From Octopus vulgaris (lineage: Eukaryota), in assembly GCA_951406725.2 (NCBI GenBank), contig OX597823.1:102796001-102860000 (forward strand): DNA of 64,000 nucleotides. The letters are read 5' to 3'. Positions 14,126 through 27,589 of this stretch are shown piece by piece. The notes below the pieces were generated by a model. That model did not search any database and was not told the DNA's origin. It worked only from the letters and a program-made list of their open reading frames with translations. Both the position numbers and the translations under genes were made by a program. The stretch's first letter is position 1. Each line of letters opens with the position of its first letter.

Positions 14126-15408
14126 CTCTCTCTCTCTGTTTTCATCAACTGTAAATGATTTATGTACATTTGAAAACAAAAATAATGGACAAGTTCTCTT
14201 GAATCAAACCACGCATCTTTTCTTTTCTTCCACTCTCATACATATACTCGTATATGGCATACCACGTGTATGTGTGTGCGAAATACAAACAAAATTAAGG
14301 GCGACAATTCTCCTGTCAAATATTTGATTTCTTACATAGTTTACATAAGGTTAAATAAAAGAAAAGGAATGTTTGATTATCTCTACCCAGTACTTGAATG
14401 GTACCTTATTTTATCGACTCCAGGAGGAGAAAAGGCAAAGTTAACTGCAACCGAATTTGAACGCACAAAATAGAGAACCGATGCTCTAACAATTCCGCTA
14501 ATCTACATATTTCAAATGTTAATAAATAAAAGAATAAGGCGTGGGAGTGACTGTGTGGTAACACATGGTTCCGGGTTCAGTCCCACTGCATGGCTCCTTG
14601 GGCAAGTGTCTTCTACTATAGCCTTCGGTTGACCAAAACCTTGTAGACGGAAACTGAAAGAAGCCCGTCGTATATATATGTGTGTGTTTGTATTTGTGTG
14701 TCTGTTTGTCCCTCAACGTCGCTGGTGTGTTTACGTCCCCGTAACTTAGCGGTTCGGCAAAAGACACCGATAGAATAAGTGCTAGGCTTAGAAAGAATAA
14801 TTCCTGGAGTCGAATTGCTCGACTAAAGGCGGTGCTCCAGCATGGCCACAGTCAAATGACTGAAACAAGTAGAAGAGAATATATATAGGGAGAGACAGAT
14901 AGAGATGGAGAGGGAAATGGAAAGCTCAGACTAAAGCTACTGAAAATTACATATTAATCAAAATTTTAGGTTTCTAAGGAAAAATCTATCACGAAATATG
15001 GCTTAAAATAACAGTATACCTACACAATTGTGCCTTCATCTCCCGTCGTTATTTACTCGTAAGTTTCAAAAAAATGGATATTTTTTAATGAAATTTCTAC
15101 AAATCCCTTTCAGATTTGATATTAAAAAAAGGGTAAATGCGCACATGCCTCCTGACACACTTCACATATATATACCAAATGAAACTTGATGTGTGTCAGT
15201 ATGTATGCATGCAGCTTCTCACTAGTTTTATTCTTGTTCATTGGCGGTCTGTTTAAGGGGAAGAAAAACAAAATAAAATTAATTACTTAATCAAAAAGTT
15301 TTGAGCCATGCAACGAGTAACCAGCAGTGCTGAAGGACAAACACACACAATATATACACATACATATGTGTATGTATGTATATGTTCATACATTCATACA
15401 TACATTCA

Positions 15409-15452
<44 letters not shown>

Positions 15453-16544
15453 GATAAGGAAATAATTTTATTCTCAAATGCAGAATAATGCAAATGATAT
15501 AGCATGAACAGGATAAACTATACATATTTTGCAGAAAAATCTGTCAGTAGGCTAGCCATGAGACTTGAACTCACATCTCTGTGATTACACATCAAGTGCT
15601 TTACCATTAAGTTAAACTGTCCGAACAACAAATTCATCTGCTAATTTAGGATATATATAAATCTAGCTTTATAAGATGCTATCGTACATTCAATTCAATA
15701 TCCTATTGTGGGAATTGTATAGTAAACAATAGCAACATGTTATTCAGTTATTCATTGCTTAATTAGAAGTGTATAATCACTAGGATGGCCTGTGCATAAT
15801 TATATAAATTGCTTAGCAAACTTACTCAATGACTTCTCGAATTATACATCTTTTGACATGCACAATAAGATGACATTTGTGAAAAGTAAATAGGCATCTA
15901 TACATATATTAGACATGTACATACATGTACATACACACACACACAGAAAATGAACATCATCATACATTCATATAGTATAGGTATATGCACTTATGTATGG
16001 ATGGATGGGTGGATGGATAGGTGGATGGATGGATGGATGGATAGGTGGGTAGATGGATGGCTAAGCAGCCACATTGTACTTACTGCGACTCAATTCTCTA
16101 ACATCACAGTTTTGAAAATGAATTCCTTCCTTCATGTGCAACCAAGAAGGTTTCTGCAATGTACATTGGCCTACTAGAAATAGCAGCCAAATAACCAGCC
16201 ATATTGTCTTAAAAAGTAAGAAAACACTGGGAAATGTAGTCTGGAATAAAATGTTGTATTATCACAATTGGAATATCTCTTTTATCTTTAGTTTAATCAC
16301 TCATCTCACAGCTAAATGATAACAACAGCACTTTAACATTCAAATTACTCTGTTGAACATAATGCTTTTCAATTAATCATGCCATTATGTTGTAGCTTTG
16401 TGATTTTGATGATGTGATTGTTTATTTTTAGAGTGACATTGTAGGATAAGTGTAAGAGGCCAGATTTGGTTGGTTCAAACATAAAACAAGTTGAACGTTT
16501 GTATAATTATGGTTGGCTTAAATGCTAAAGAGTTAAATGAACTA

Positions 16545-16768
16545 CAAGGGGTTGCTGAAAAGTTCCTGGCTTTGGGTAAAATAATAAACAGGAGGATCAG
16601 TTAATTAAGATTTTACTCAACATATTTCCCTCTCAGATTCCCACGCTTATTGCTGCGGTCCTGCAGTCTTTCTAAGCCCTATAAAAGAACTTGGAAGTTG
16701 GAAGGTTGGGCCTTCAACCAAGCCTTTTGTGGTACCCTTAAAGCCAGGAACTTTTCAGCACCCCCTTG
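16545..16768. mobile_element. Tc1/mariner MITE
   Basis: TA TSDs. TIRs caaggggttgctgaaaagttcctggcttt / aaagccaggaacttttcagcacccccttg. Confidence 0.9.
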
Positions 16769-17355
16769 TACAGTGTAATAGCTTTCCTTTTTAAATATTC
16801 TGTTGGTTTTGATTTAAATATCTGTGAAGATCAAAAAAATGATTTTAGAAAGAATTTCTATTGAAGCAAAGGCATAAAGCAATTCATCTGAAAACTTTTT
16901 AATTGACCAACTGCTTTCTTCAGATTTTCAATAGTTCAGCCTAGTTTCTATCGATTACGAGACTTGTCGTGACAACCATTAAGTATGTTTAGCTTCGATG
17001 TCTACTAGATATGCAGAACTGAACTAAAAATGCCATTCAACACAACCTATAGATATATCCACAAAGGTAGTGGCGATGGTGGCAGGTTGATATTTAAATG
17101 GAAACAAATACAATCAAAGTAGTGTACGGAAATATATATGCATGTGTGCATGTATGTCTTGTGTTTGTGTGTGTGTATGTACATGTGAGTATGTATATAT
17201 ATATATATCATCATCATCATTTAATGTCCGTTTTCCATGCTAGCATGGGTTGGACATATACATATATGTGTGTATGTATGTATGTTTAAGAATTTATAAA
17301 CTGTTGAGAGAATACAAACTAATTCTTTTCCTGGAATATCTCGAAGTGCATATAC

Positions 17356-17545
17356 AAAGCTATAAATAACAGCATGTAAATACTGAGTTGAAAAACCTGT
17401 AGAATACCAAAAATCAGAGGCTGCTCCTGGAACCTGAACCAACATGTGGGTCCAAAGGCTTCCACTGTATTATGGGCAGCCTCTGACTTTTTCTACACAA
17501 AAGGGGTTTTCAAGCCAATATTTACATGCTATTATTTATAGCTTT
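17356..17545. repeat. Inverted-repeat element (MITE-like) with arms of about 70 bp
   Basis: aaagctataaataacagcatgtaaata...tcagaggctgc / gcagcctctga...tatttacatgctattatttatagcttt. Confidence 0.8.
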
Positions 17546-17584
17546 ATAAATGTTTTCACACACAACATGTATACATGCATAACA

Positions 17585-17872
17585 AACAAGGAACTGGAAA
17601 TTTTTTTGGTATAATTTATTCCCCATTTGCTGCTTAATAGAATTTACGAAGTTTTACATGTTAGACAGATATGTAAGGAATTTCCTGTTAAAAATTTTTC
17701 AGACAGAGAAATAGAATAATGCATTATTTTATTTCTCCATCTCAAGAAATTCTTATAGGAAAGATCCTTACATGTTTATTTAACATGTAAATCTTTGGAT
17801 TTCCTATCAGCAAATGAAACATGTGTAATGGTGAATAAATAATACAAAAATTTTTTTTCTGGTTCCCTGTTT
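17585..17872. repeat. Long imperfect palindrome (foldback MITE)
   Basis: Centre aataatgcattatt at 17715-17728, with the arms pairing outward for about 140 bp each. Confidence 0.8.
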
Positions 17873-18040
17873 TGCTATGCAATAAACTCTGCAAATAATA
17901 TTTCTTCCACAACACTCAATTTTAACACGTGTCTTGACTAGCATACAGTACATACTGGATTGTAATAATCGAATAAATAGATGTGTTTTATGAGGAAACA
18001 GCTGCCTATATAATTGAATTAATTATAGAGATACACACAA

Positions 18041-18292
18041 GTGAAGGCACATGGCTTAGTGGTTAGGGTGTCAGCATCATGATCATAAGATTGTGGTTTC
18101 GATTCCCAGACCGGGCGACACGTTGTGTTCTTGAGTAAAACACTTCATTTCACGTTGCTCCAGTCCGCTCAGCTGGCAAAAATGAGTAATGCTGCGATGG
18201 ACTAGCGTCCCATCCAGCTGGGGAACACATACGCCATAGAAACCGGGAAACAGGCTCATGAGCCTGGCTAGGCTTTAAAAGGGCGCATTTAT
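18041..18292 (+). mobile_element. tRNA-derived SINE, family C (V-domain-like body)
   Basis: A box tggcttagtgg, B box gtttcgattcc, and ctgcgatggactagcgtcccatccag. A related head occurs at 48290-48626 (-). Confidence 0.8.
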
Positions 18293-18525
18293 TTATTTTA
18301 TAGAGAGATACACACACACACACACATATACATACATATTAGGCATGCTAGGTAAGTGCTGTAATGGATTACTAGGGCTCCAAGGTTATAGCTGAGATGG
18401 TAGTTATGGAGCCATTGCAGATTTCCGACGCACCGGATATATAATCGTTAAAAAGGACAACAAACGTTAAGGCAAGGCAAACATCTCAAGTTGTATACAT
18501 TATTATTATTGGAAAGAAATTAAAA

Positions 18526-18581
18526 GTCTTACAGCTGTTTCTGGGATATCCCCGAGTATGAGATATTTCATCATCAGAGAC
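18526..18581 (-). ncRNA. Minimal type I hammerhead ribozyme motif (PLE-associated type)
   Basis: gtct-CTGATGA-[tgaaatatctc/gggatatccca stem II]-GAAAC-agct-GTA-agac. Intact core, stem I gtct/agac, palindromic stem III. Confidence 0.8.
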
Positions 18582-20688
18582 AAACAGGGAAAATGAGAAG
18601 GGTATAGATTAATGAGATGCCAACATGAGGAAGGGAGTAAAAGAATAAGGAGATGGAGAGAAAGAAGAAAAAAGAAGCATAAAAATTTCAACTTTCCGAA
18701 GTTGTAGAAACAAGAGCATAAATTCTTAGGTGGGATCTCACAGTCAAGCGAATGTGTCTAATGACAGTCTCAAACTACCAAGGCAGCCTGAATTCAATCT
18801 ATCAAGTGTGGCAGTGGATTATCTCATGATTAGCCTTAGAAATGTCTGTTGGTTCCCCCCTACACCCATGCATTAACATTTGTACCAGCTATAGATTTAG
18901 TCTGTAACCCTTATTAAGTTGTTTTGCAGGAACTTCTCTAAACAATTTGTTTCCAACTCCTCTTCCTCATCAGAAATTTCCATTAGAATATTTCTGTTAG
19001 TATGCTGGATCTTTGAGCTTCCATGTCACCCTTGTCCAGACTGGTTTATTTCTCCAAGTCCTTCTAGTTAACTAATGTATATGTATGTGTGAATGTTATT
19101 AATATCACCTGAGTGATGAATTCGGCATCTGTTTCCAATCTCTACTAAGTAGAAAGTAACCAGAATCTTTTTTTTTTCATGTGTGAGAAACAGTGGAATG
19201 AAAAAAATACCTCACTTGGAAAACAAGTTAAGATGGTGACGGATTACAGGTAGGTTCACTGTCATCAGTTCATTGCAGGGAAAGTTTACCAAGAAAATAT
19301 AAGTCAAAAACCATTTTATTGAAATAAAAAATAGTGAATTCATGACAGGAAGCACCAAACCATAGAAGATTTGCCTTCAGAAGTTTCATCTAACCCATGC
19401 CAACTTGGAAAAACAGATGTAAAAAATCAATTCAATGAAAATTCTACATACATGAAAGATATGTTTTCAAACAAAGTGCAGGCATGCCTGCATCATTGAG
19501 AAACCTGATTCTAATCATATGGTTACAGGTTTAATCCCACTTAGTGGCACCTTAGGCAAATGTCTTCTACTATAGCCCCAAACCAATGAAAGTCTTGTGA
19601 GTGGATTTGGCAGATGGAAACTCCAAGAAACCCCATCATGTACATGTAAGATTGCGGATGTTTCCTTGTCATCACACTGTGTAATAGTTGTAAATGAGTG
19701 TCACACATTTCCAATGTTCTTCAAAAAACATGTCTAACCGTGGGAAAATGTTACCTCACTTGGAAGCAGGTGAAGGTTGGCAACAGGAAGGGCACCCAGC
19801 ATAAAACCCCATCAAACCCATGCAAACATGGAAAAGAGGACATTTAAGTCATGATGATGATGAAAATAGATGGAAAAAAAGGATTTAATAAAAAATTTAC
19901 TGTAAAAACAACAAAACAGTTAATTTTATTTGCTTATTTTTTTAAAATTAATTAGTATCACTTTATTATCTTTTTTGTTTGGTTTTTGTTTCTTTACAAT
20001 AAATAGCTTTTACAATAAATAATTCGACTTCAAATACAGTAACAATATCGTTAAATATTCATCACAACCTTTGATTGGGTAAATAATGGGCAGGTACTCT
20101 GACAATACAAGCACAAATTCTCACAACAAATTTTCATTGCTGCTAGCAACGAGAAACGTTATTTTAAAAAAATTATGCTTCAGCCAAATCAATTGTGTTT
20201 CTAAATAGTTTATGACGAACACTCTTTTTCAAATAATTACTTATTAATTGATTAAAAAAAAACAAACGTTATCATAATTAGGAAGGAAAATAGAAATATT
20301 TTCTACAATAATCACAAGGCCACAAATTTGGAAAAAGCAGTCTCAGGATTTGACTGGTATTTTTTTTATTTTATTTTATTTTTTTTTTGTATCAGACCTG
20401 GAAGAATAAAAGGCAAAGTTGGCCTTAACAAGATTTGAAATCAAAATGTAAAGGGACATAACTAAACACTAAAATGCCTTTTGTCCCACATTCTAGCCAT
20501 TCTTTCAATCTACCATTCTTGGAAGCAAGAAAATATTTATTCCTGTTGTACTGAAATTTGATTCTGTCTTTTAGGGTAACTAATACCGTTTAAGGATTTG
20601 ATTTGATATTTTTGTAGTTTTAGACAAGAGATTTAGTCTTTAAATCCCTTTTTTTGTTCAAGGGAATATTTCAAAACAGAGGAATATT

Positions 20689-20905
20689 GTTTTCTACTCT
20701 AGGCACAAGGCCCAAAATTTTCGGGGAGAGGGCCAGTTGATTAGATTGACCCCAGTATGTAACTGGTACTTAATTTATCGACCCCAAAAGGATGAAAGGC
20801 AAAGGTGACTTCAGCAGAATTTGAACTCAGAACATAAAGACAGACAAAATACTGCTAAGCATTTCACCCAGCGTGCTAACATTTCTGCCAGCTCTCTGCC
20901 TTAAG
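20689..20905 (-). mobile_element. SINE family A with a 13-bp TSD
   Basis: TSD acagaggaatatt at 20676-20688 and 20906-20918. Confidence 0.88.
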
Positions 20906-20970
20906 ACAGAGGAATATTAACAAATGTGTGTGTGTATGTGTGCATGTGTGGTGGTTATTAAATTATGGAA

Positions 20971-21203
20971 GGCGGCGAGCTGGCAGAAACGTTAGTGCGC
21001 CGGGCGAAATGCTTTGCGGTATTTCTTCTGCCGCTACATTCTAAGTTCAGATTCCGCTGAGGTCGACTTTGCCTTTCAGCCTTTTGGGGTTGATTAAATA
21101 AGTACCAGTTATGCACTGGGGTCGATATAATCGACTTAATCTATTTGTCTGTCCTTGTTTGACCTCTCTGTGTTTAGCCCTTTGTGGGTAGTAAAGAAAT
21201 AGA
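20971..21203 (+). mobile_element. tRNA-derived SINE, family A, full length with a 16-bp TSD
   Basis: A/B-box head, conserved core gactttgcctttca.cctttyggggt.gattaaataagtaccag, TSD ttattaaattatggaa (20955-20970, 21204-21219). Many other copies occur in the window. Confidence 0.9.
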
Positions 21204-22315
21204 TTATTAAATTATGGAATTATTCTTCCCTTTTGCATTTATTCCTCCTCCTCCTCTTCTTCTCTGGGTGAATTGGTTTCATCTGGATTAATAAGAATTC
21301 ATTCAAGCTCTTCTTGAGAGAATTCAGCTCTTTTGTAGAATGCAGTTCTTTTGTAGAAAGAAGACTACTGAGGAGTGAAGCACTTTTACAAGAGACCAAT
21401 TACATAAGTAGTATAATTATTGGTTTCAAATTTTGGGACAAGGCCAGCAATTTTGGGTGCAGATAGATCGCTTACATCAACCCCAGTGCTCAGTTGGTAC
21501 TTATTTTATTGACTACAAAAGGATGAAAAACAAAGTCAATCTCGACAGAATTTCAAATCATAACGTAAAAACAGATGAAATGTTGCTAGGCATTTTGTCC
21601 AGCTTGCTGCCTTACTTAAGTAATAATTAAAAACTGAAGGAAATTGAAAAAAGATATATTAACACATTTCCTCTAATTTTGCAGACATTTACCAAAAGTT
21701 TTTTTTTCTATTTACTTTTACTTTAAAAGTTAAAAACAACTAGCATTAAGAATTCAATAAACAGTAAGATTACCATAAAAGCCAAATTGTTTTATATGAA
21801 ATTATGGAATCCCTTCCCTACTTTTTCTTGTATTTTCATCCAGCAAAATCCATATTTACACAATTTGTAGCAAATTCATAATCCATTATAAATAATGGAA
21901 TAAAGGTAACTTTAATTCTGAGTTAAGAGGCTGAGCAATGCAATATCAAATTGAGACATTTATTAAAAGGACATTATCGATATATTCACCAATCCTAAAA
22001 CTCACTACTGAATAAAAGAATATATATGAATTCCCAACAGCAAGTTAAAGCAGCTTACCAAGACTTTAACAAGTCTTAAGTAAGTACAATTGACATAAAA
22101 ATAATCAGACAAAATAGTTAAATATCATGAAAATAGCACTTGAATAAATTCACATTCTGTTTGAAAAAATAGTTCAATTTTAGTCTTTTCTGAAAGGTCC
22201 ATTTTGCTCTTCTTTTCTACATAAACTATTAATGAGTAATTAACTATACACACACAATACCAGTCATTACATTCTTGACAACAACCCTGTATTGAGCAGT
22301 TTAATGTAAATCACA

Positions 22316-22353
<38 letters not shown>

Positions 22354-24322
22354 GCACACACAATTTCTTCGATTTATTTCAGCAATAACAACATAAATTG
22401 CCAGGAAAACAACAGAAATATTCCTGCAAATAAACATTCCATCACAACACCAAGAATATTTGATTTTAATATTTTCATATCACATTTTGCTTCAAAACAA
22501 TCTAAAGCTGCAGATTATTCAAAAATAGTTTCAATAAATTACATCACGGTAGCACTGTACAGCTGACAGTCCTAAATATCATAAAAACAATGTTTCTCGT
22601 GGCAGTTTTGAGATAAGCATATATCTTCGATTCTTAACCTCATCTAACAGCACCAAATTAAATAAAAGAATAATGATAGGCACAACAGAACAAACTTAAT
22701 TTACAAGATGAGTGTTGAGATTGAACCATGCAGAGAAGAACTAAGTTGTCTTCAATGACTTTAGCAGAGTAAGATTTTATTTTGTTGCTAGGCAGGTAAT
22801 TTTGTAATCTTTTTTCAGCATGTCAGCTATGCAAAACAATCTTTAACAATGGAGGTAAGCATGAACATCTTAACATGTTTTATAAATGTTTATTTAGAGT
22901 TTTCTGTTATATAAATCTCAATGTGTCTGTACCACAGAAATCAGAATAAATTGAAGGCATTTTGGGCAGCACAATCTATTGGACTCTATATTTAATCTGT
23001 CATCTTTCTGAACATTACTACAATCTCAAGCTATATCACAAGACAGCATCCAAGTCTATGTTTTTGACATCTTAGTTCAATTGTCTTTTATAACAGTAGT
23101 TCCTTAACCATCACTCTTATAATGTCAGAGTAGTATTATGGAACTTTGATATAAAAGGTTTTGATAAACACAAGTTTATATATTATTTCTTCCCTACATA
23201 TGGTTGTTTGGAACCTCTGCATTGAATGTTCAAAGTGCAATTGGATGCTTAACCACGACAGGTCCAATACAGATGTTCCAAAGAACCACAGCAGTGAAAT
23301 GAATGTAAGGGAACAAATTAAATAAACTTGTGTTAATCACAATTTTCCCTATATTTACTCTGTATATCATAACCAGTAATACTACTAAGTACAGTAGTAA
23401 CCAAGCCACTAAAATAAGAGCAAACTTGATGATGATAATCTACATGGAGCTCTAAACTGAACAGTAGGAGTCATACATCTAACTGTATACACATGATATG
23501 TATGCATGAGTGAGTGTGTATGTATGTATGTATGTATGTATGTATGTATGTATGATGCATGCATTATTACATAGACATACATACATACAAAAAGAAAGAA
23601 AGAAAGAGACAGAGTGAGAGCAAGGTGTCATGTAAATTATTTATGTATCACCAGTTTTACCCTTCCTTCGTTAAGATCATCACTGTCAGCTGATCTATTG
23701 TAATTTTTGTGCCAGCAAAAAGGATCATAGATTGCTTTTGTAATTTGGATTTTGTAAATTGCAATGCATAAATCCTTCAGTTTCGATTTTCATGTTAACC
23801 ATATAGAACACTTAATGAGTTTATATGACCTTCACATTTAGTTTTTGTGACTTCTATGAGATTTTGCTATTACAGAGTTTCTGTTAATTTTCTCTTTGCC
23901 CCATGTTTGAAATTCTCCTTGATTATTTTAGTTACTATCATGAGAAACAAATCACTCTATTTTTTACTTAAAAGTTTTTTTCCCCAATTTACTTCCGAAT
24001 GTTGTCAATGAAATTCACTTCAATAGCTTTAACATCACTTGAAAGCCAGCAGTTTAAATCTATAGTTTTCCAAATACAACAAGCAATATTTGTGAAGAAT
24101 ACACACATTCCTATCAGCCTAAAGCCACTTTCCTTACCTTTTTACATATCTCCAGTCAGCAGTATTCGAATAACAAGGAAAAACAAATGTAAACCCCAAA
24201 TATTTTAAACTATAATTTCAACAAGAATTTAAAACCTTTGCTAAATATCATTTTTCAGATTAAGAACAAAACACGCTTATCATAAAATAATTGCATGAAA
24301 TTTTAACATTGTTGCCAAGAAT

Positions 24323-24465
24323 TCAACCACATAGATCATCATAGTTCAAGTAAGATATCAAAAACTTTGGTAACATCACTAGCTCGTTGATTTTCTTTAT
24401 TCTTTGCCATCCAATATGTTTCCAAATGCATATCCTGCAAGATGCTTTTAGCTGCCGTGGAGTTT
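24323..24465 (-). CDS. ASB1-like, coding exon 4 of 4 (SOCS box)
   Basis: Acceptor ctctttgaacag|. ETPRQLKASCRICIWKHIGWQRIKKINELVMLPKFLISYLNYDDLCG* is a SOCS box. The four exons total 876 nt (291 aa) with no internal stop. Confidence 0.92.
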
Positions 24466-24874
24466 CTGTTCAAAGAGAAAATGAAACCATTATTCTAGAT
24501 AAAAGGAAAGTCTGTCAAGAATAAAGGTGTGGAAAATATTCACTGACTTCAAGGTACAAAGGTTACATTTTATCAATCATCACATTAATATGTTCTGTTT
24601 GGTCCATTCTGTTCAATCCGTATTAATATGCTTTTATGTATTTCAATATATTCCTATGTCCTTTTACTTGTTTCACTCAATAGACTGCAGCAAAGATGAA
24701 GCTCTGCACTGACGGATTTAGTCAACCAAATTGTTGCCAATATGTATTTATTTAACTCTACTAGGACAGCTCCCCAGCTGAGCAGCTCCTATTAAACTGC
24801 TTAACCTGTACCAGCATGGAAAACAGACATTAAACAATGATGGTGATGATGATGATGATGACGACGACGACATC

Positions 24875-25400
24875 CTATTGGTCTCTTTTTTTTATTGGTA
24901 TCTCGCTTATCTGTGCCCCCCACACAATAATCAAGGGGGTTGCAGACTGAGGGGTTTGGTGGCCAGATGTGAGGAGTGGTGTGGTCACAGAAATTGTCTG
25001 ACCACCATGACTGGGTTCTCCTGCATGTGTGGCATGGTGCATAATCCTGTTGCCAGATGTAGGGCCTTCCAACAGCCACCCTCTTGATCCAGGGTAACAC
25101 TACCTCCTCCAGGCACTTGATGTAGGCCTCCGTGTTGAGTGTGAGGTTGTGTGCGGAGATGAATGGAGGCATAACGTCACCATCACTAGTGATCACTCCA
25201 AACACCATGATGTTGACAGGATGTTTGATTTTTATCACTAAGTAAATGCACTGTCCTCAAATCAACACCCAAACACTCTGAAATGTTCGTATTGGTCTGA
25301 ATGCCAAGCAGTACAGCATGTCTTTTCCAAATTACTGGCAGAGTGAATTGCATCATGGTGCTGTTTTTCTCACAGACAGTGCTCAACTGACCCTACAGTA
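24875..25400 (-). mobile_element. Tc1/mariner DD37D (maT-type) transposase remnant in ASB intron 3
   Basis: KHPVNIMVFGVITSDG, and QQDYAPCH...WPPNPSVCNPLDY with 37 residues between the last two catalytic Asp. Confidence 0.88.
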
Positions 25401-25404
25401 GTCA

Positions 25405-26210
25405 ACAAAGAGAAGAGAGAAGGAGAGTGAGGGAGCGGAGAGAAAGAGAGTAAGGGAGAAGAGGGAAAGAGAGTAGGGGTGAAAAGATAAAGGAGTGAAG
25501 AGAAGTAGGAGGAGGGGAGGAGGTTAGATGAAGAGGGGAGGAGAGTTGAGCCCAAATGACGTAAAAGAGCAAAGAGAGAAGATTAATCCCTGTTCACGGC
25601 GCAAACGGGAGTCCGGATGACCTCTGTGCAAGGACAATTCGAACACAGACAGGTGTTGCAAGGAGTAACCGGTGGAGCGGAAATGGCATGAGACTGGAGT
25701 GTCATTGCTGAGGCGGATGTCTCGGAGGTGTTCTGCGAACCGGTCAGCCAAGCAGCGTCCCGTTTGTTCGATGTACAGGGAATGGCAGAGAGAGCAGGAG
25801 ATGCAATAGTTGATATTGCTGGAGGTGCAGGTGAAGGAGTCAATGATGCGATAGGGTCGATGATGGGTGCCGGTGAGGAGAGTGGTGTTGGAGAGGTAAG
25901 GGCAAGTGCGGCAGTGTGGGCGGGAGCAGGGGAACGAGCCAGGTTGGGAGGTAGGGTCAGGGAAGAAGCTGTGGACCAAGAGGTCTCGTAGGTTATGGGC
26001 TCGTTAGAAGGAGGGGAGGGGTCGGTTAGGGAAGAGGTGTGAAGTGGACGGGTCGGACTGGAGATGTTGGAAAGCTCAGAGAATGGTGCGTTGGAGAGAT
26101 AGGGTGGTGGGGTGTTAAGTGAGGGGAAAATGCAGGCGGGAGACTGCAGGGCAGGTTCGGGGGGGGAGAGAGCAGATGCACGGTCCACGGAACGTGCTCT
26201 GGCAAGGGCA
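25405..26210 (-). mobile_element. Penelope-like element 3' fragment (GIY-YIG endonuclease)
   Basis: PCSRPHCRTC linker, FTCTSSNINYCISCSLCHSLYIEQTGR (GIY-YIG), RFAEH, PVSCHF, RREQ, terminal GLN. GC-rich relative to the host. Confidence 0.9.
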
Positions 26211-26568
26211 ATATATATATATTCTAAATAATAACTATTCTAATTTTGTGATATATCTTCTATTTTGTAACAATATAATTTATACAGTGATAATTTAATT
26301 TTATAATATACCATATATATAGTTGTATAGAAGTCAACTTTTTGAGACACATTTTGAAATCTATATTTAGGAGGTCAAATACACCCCAAACCTGTGGGTT
26401 TTGTCTAGACCCATGTTAGAATCCACAATCTTATTCCTGTAGGCCAAACACTGCAACCATTGGGCCACATATTTGCACATCACAATATATAATTAACCAA
26501 AATGAATACATTTATAAAATGAAATATCCTTTAAAAAAATTTGATGAAGGTTGCAAAATGTGACTCAC

Positions 26569-26884
26569 CTTTGAGGATGTTAAGAAGTTTGACACACTCG
26601 TTTTGATCATTGTCTAATTCCCAAGCAAACATTAGAGATTTATCCTTCTGAAAGATATTAATTCCAAACTGGTAAAAGAGATGGACATATATACTGGAGT
26701 ATTTCTTCCGGACTGCTCGGTGACAGAAATATCCAGACAAGTTAGGGTCTGCTCCTGATTTCAATAATAACTTGACGCATTCCAAATGTTGATAAGCAAA
26801 AGCCAAACTTAGTGGCCTTTGATAATCAATCTTGATATCATTCTGATTCTTGAGATTAACATCAGCACCAAATTCAAGCAACAA
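26569..26884 (-). CDS. ASB1-like, coding exon 3 of 4
   Basis: Acceptor ctactttcag|, donor G|gtgagt. LLLEFGADVN...PLSLAFAYQHLECVKLLLKSGADPN ankyrin repeats. 316 nt, phase 0 to 1. Confidence 0.93.
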
Positions 26885-26909
26885 CTGAAAGTAGTAGAAA
26901 ATATAAGTA

Positions 26910-27298
26910 ACTAGCAGTATCGCCCGGCGTTGCTCGGGTTTGTTTTGACCCTTTAGAATTGGAATTTTTGAAAAGTAAAAATTTTGTATTATGTAGCTTG
27001 TTATTCTCTTTAAGTGAACATTTTTCTTGTTGAAATGCACTGAAAAATGGTGACACAGCAGTCAAAAAATCGTAAAAAATAGGGATTTTCATAGAAAAAA
27101 AGCACCTTTTTGGTGTAAATAATTTTTGGTGACATGGTCCGATTTGAATTTTTTTCTTCTACGGAAGGAAGAGCAAGCCTTCTTCTATCATACTCTCAAT
27201 TTTGGTCAACTTGTGCCACAGGGTCTCAGAGGAGATAGTGTTAGTTGAAGGCTACCAAACCTGCCATACACAGACAACTTCAGCTTTATATAGAGAGA
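26910..27298 (+). mobile_element. Helitron/Helentron-like non-autonomous element next to ASB exon 3
   Basis: One end is actagcagtatcgcccggcgttgctcggg (hairpin) and the other is cagctttatatagaga, the typical termini of small rolling-circle elements. Confidence 0.6.
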
Positions 27299-27589
27299 GA
27301 TTAGTAAAAAGAGTTATGTTAATGTTTAAACACACATCAACCCTGACTGAGCAGACTTATAACATTTCAGGCTTGTCACAAATCAGTTTAAACTCATAGA
27401 TGCATTCAGAGAAACAGTGTTCCTGATATGTAATACTGACTCTAAGTGGAGATCATATTGTTCACTTCAAAATACAGTGGTTTATCAGAGATGCATGTTT
27501 GAACATAAACCTGGATGAATATTCGGGCCAGATATGTCCGGTTTAAGTGCTAAAGGGTTAAAATGCATCCAACTGTGAGTTTTCACAGT

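Noticed and set aside
15545-15620. tRNA-like sequence on the minus strand
   Set aside because: No complete cloverleaf could be formed. It is more likely a decayed SINE head or pseudo-tRNA.
25583-26188. 201-aa Pro/Ser-rich ORF
   Set aside because: It is largely an alternative frame of the GC-rich Penelope-like fragment.
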